From an uncultured Spirochaetota bacterium (GTDB lineage: Bacteria; Spirochaetota; Spirochaetia; SZUA-6; Fen-1364): a stretch of 64,000 nucleotides of DNA. Shown piece by piece: positions 61,907 to 64,000 of this stretch; within the stretch, counting starts at the first letter, position 1; every line of letters begins with the position of its first letter. Under the pieces are notes generated by a model. It did no database searches. It saw only the letters and a list, made by a program, of their open reading frames with translations, and was not told where the DNA came from. A program made the position numbers and the translations under genes. The stretch spans positions 352,001 through 416,000 of the forward strand of contig CAVTHO010000004.1 in assembly GCA_963734545.1 (NCBI GenBank), written 5' to 3'.

Positions 61907-63151
61907 ATGGACACCACACACAAGCAGAAAGCGGGCACCCGTGCCCAGCGCTGGATCCTGGAGGGGGATGTCTCACGCCTGATCGAGGGCACCGGCGAGC
62001 ATCCCATCATGTACCGAAGCCTGGGCTCCGAGCCGCGCACGGCTCACCCGTTCCATCTCCATGACGATATCAAGAGCCAGGCTTCCGCGCTGAAGGAGAC
62101 CTTCGAGCTGAACCTCAAGAAGATCCCCGCGCTCGCGGCCCGGCTCGTGGAAAAGGGCCTGCGCGGAATGGTGGGCCACGGTCTGGGCACCTCGCAGTTC
62201 GTGGCGCAGACCGCCTCTGCCGCGTTCTGGGAATACGCGGGATGGGAGGCAAAGGACTATGACTCCCTGGAATACATCACCTGCCCCCACCCCATCGACT
62301 TCACGCGGACGGCGTTCTTCAGCTACTCCGGAAGCGGCAGCACCGTGGACAGCAACAGGGCCGCTGCCCGGGCAAAGGAGCTGGGCGCGTACCAGGTTGC
62401 ATTCACGAGTGTGGCGGACAGCCCCATCACAAAGAAAAGCGACGAGACCATCCTCTGCGCCGGGGGGTTCGACACGGGCGGCTCCGACACCTTCCACTAC
62501 GCCACCCGGCTGGCAGCCTCGATCTGGCTTGCCCTGGAGATCGGCGCTCTCACCAGGCCCGACGCCAGGGACTGGAAGGGCCTGAAGGGCCGGCTCCTCA
62601 GCCTGGGCGATAAGATGGAAGACTCCTTCGAGATGGTCAGCGCTAGAGCGCGGATACTCTCTGCCCGGTACAAGGACGTGCGCAGCGTGCTGATAGTGGG
62701 AGGCGGGGCCAATGAGGGCACTGCAGAGGAGATTGCCCTCAAGTACGATGAGATGAGCCATATCCCGGCAAAGGGCATGTGCCCCGGACGGCACATCCAC
62801 GGCGCGCTCGGCCTGACCGCGCACGACATCCTTACGATCGTCGTTGCGCCCTTGGACGATCCCGGCTACAAGGAGCTGCGCGACATCGCCCAGGTCACCA
62901 TGATGCTGAAGTCACCGTCCATTGCGATCATCAGCGAGGAAGACCAGAAGGTGGCGGAGCAGGTCGACGACGTATTCCGGTTTCCCGAGCGCGATCCCAT
63001 CCTCTTCTCCGTGCTCGCCATTCTCCCCGGGCAGCTCCTGCCCTACTTTGCCGGCGTGGCGCAGGGCAGCATCAACCCGGACTGCCAGCGCGCAAACATC
63101 GCCCGGCACGCCAAGGTCTGGAACTGGCTCTTCCCCAAGGACACGCACTGA
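61907..63151 (+). CDS. Double-SIS domain phosphosugar isomerase/deglycase (GlmS/FrlB/AgaS-like)
   Basis: GLGTS, SYSGS..D, EIALKYDE, HIHG motifs; no glutaminase domain. Confidence 0.8.
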   Translation: MDTTHKQKAGTRAQRWILEGDVSRLIEGTGEHPIMYRSLGSEPRTAHPFHLHDDIKSQASALKETFELNLKKIPALAARLVEKGLRGMVGHGLGTSQFVAQTASAAFWEYAGWEAKDYDSLEYITCPHPIDFTRTAFFSYSGSGSTVDSNRAAARAKELGAYQVAFTSVADSPITKKSDETILCAGGFDTGGSDTFHYATRLAASIWLALEIGALTRPDARDWKGLKGRLLSLGDKMEDSFEMVSARARILSARYKDVRSVLIVGGGANEGTAEEIALKYDEMSHIPAKGMCPGRHIHGALGLTAHDILTIVVAPLDDPGYKELRDIAQVTMMLKSPSIAIISEEDQKVAEQVDDVFRFPERDPILFSVLAILPGQLLPYFAGVAQGSINPDCQRANIARHAKVWNWLFPKDTH

Positions 63152-63215
63152 GGCGCGGGTGGGCGCGCGGGTGGCGCAGTCAGCAGCGGCGCGGCCAGCA
63201 GCGGCGGAGGCACGC

Positions 63216-64000
63216 ATGAAAAATGACGTCACCGTGATCGGACCCCTGAACGTGGATATCCTGGTGCGCGGCGAGGCACCGCGCGAGCTCACCGTCCTCA
63301 CCGGCTGGGCAGGGCCGGCCGAAGTGGAGCTCGCCGTTGCAGGCTCGGTAGGCTACACGGTCCAGGATATGGCGAAGCTCGGCCTGAAAGTCTCTGTCAG
63401 CGGCTGTGTTGCAGACGACGTCTTCGGGCCGGTGATCCTTCGGCAGCTCGACCAGAACGGTGTGGGCACGGACTGGGTCACCACCGTGAAGGGCACGAGC
63501 AGCGGAATCGGGGTCTACGTCCTGGCCTTTGGCAGCAGAAAGCGCCCGCTCTTCTACCAGCTTCCCACGCACGACCCCTGGCCCCCGCGGTACGACGAGC
63601 GCCAGGTGGAGCGCATGCTGAGCTCCCGGCTCCTCCATAATGGAGGATTCCTGCACTTCCAGCAGATGTACGAGAGCGACATCGTGGAGCTCTTCTCCAG
63701 GGCTCGCGGCCGCGGTCTCATCACTTCCGTGGACAGCCAGTTTCCTTTGCACCCCATGAAGCCGCCCTGGATGCAGGTGATGCGCAGGGTTCTTCCCTCT
63801 CTCGATGTCCTGTTCTGCGATGAACACGAGGCGCGCGGTCTGACAGGGAATGAAGAGACGGAAGGTGCGGCCCGGATCCTGCTCGATTCAGGAGTCCGCA
63901 CAGTGGTCATCAAGCAGGGTGAGGCTGGATCCGATGTCTTCCAGCAGGGCTGGCATCACCACGAGCCGGCCTTTCACGCGGGCGAGCTCGTGGACAGCAT
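63216..64000 (+). CDS. PfkB family carbohydrate kinase, 3' truncated by window edge
   Basis: My translation: MKNDVTVIGPLNVDIL...AGS..AKLG..GCVADDVFG...VVIKQGEAG; absent from the ORF track because the stop lies outside the window. Confidence 0.85.
   Translation, partial: MKNDVTVIGPLNVDILVRGEAPRELTVLTGWAGPAEVELAVAGSVGYTVQDMAKLGLKVSVSGCVADDVFGPVILRQLDQNGVGTDWVTTVKGTSSGIGVYVLAFGSRKRPLFYQLPTHDPWPPRYDERQVERMLSSRLLHNGGFLHFQQMYESDIVELFSRARGRGLITSVDSQFPLHPMKPPWMQVMRRVLPSLDVLFCDEHEARGLTGNEETEGAARILLDSGVRTVVIKQGEAGSDVFQQGWHHHEPAFHAGELVDS

Noticed and set aside
63152-63215. Short direct repeats (GCGCGGGTGG x2, CAGCAGCGGCG x2) in an intergenic gap
   Set aside because: Low-complexity slippage products, too short to support a functional claim.

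Overview
GC-rich bacterial chromosomal window, probably from an uncultured Spirochaetota (inferred from protein families only). It is gene-dense, and I found no rRNA, tRNA, CRISPR array, IS element or prophage. Scattered single-base frameshifts, often in G/C runs, suggest a long-read or low-coverage assembly. Three uncharacterised envelope loci stand out. (1) A compact operon at 4798-16885 encodes a ~2,700-aa secreted protein (Ig/Fn3 domains, a beta-rich core and a helical bundle), a multi-Fn3 protein and a predicted outer-membrane beta-barrel. This is the best candidate for an undescribed secretion or surface-display system. (2) A ~3,000-aa adhesin-like gene at 30712-39813 (-) has eight 375-bp tandem repeats that are protein-identical apart from the ends of the terminal copies, Dx[DN]xDG Ca-binding motifs and a FlgD-Ig/T9SS-CTD-like C-terminus. 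(3) A membrane AraC regulator precedes a LolD/LolCE/LolA-like/outer-membrane protein operon (21656-28617). The rest is ordinary metabolic, regulatory and stress genes, several with clearly visible operators (TetR, Crp/Fnr, SorC, AraC), two small genes with internal deletions, and a sugar ABC/SIS/PfkB catabolic operon that runs off the right edge.
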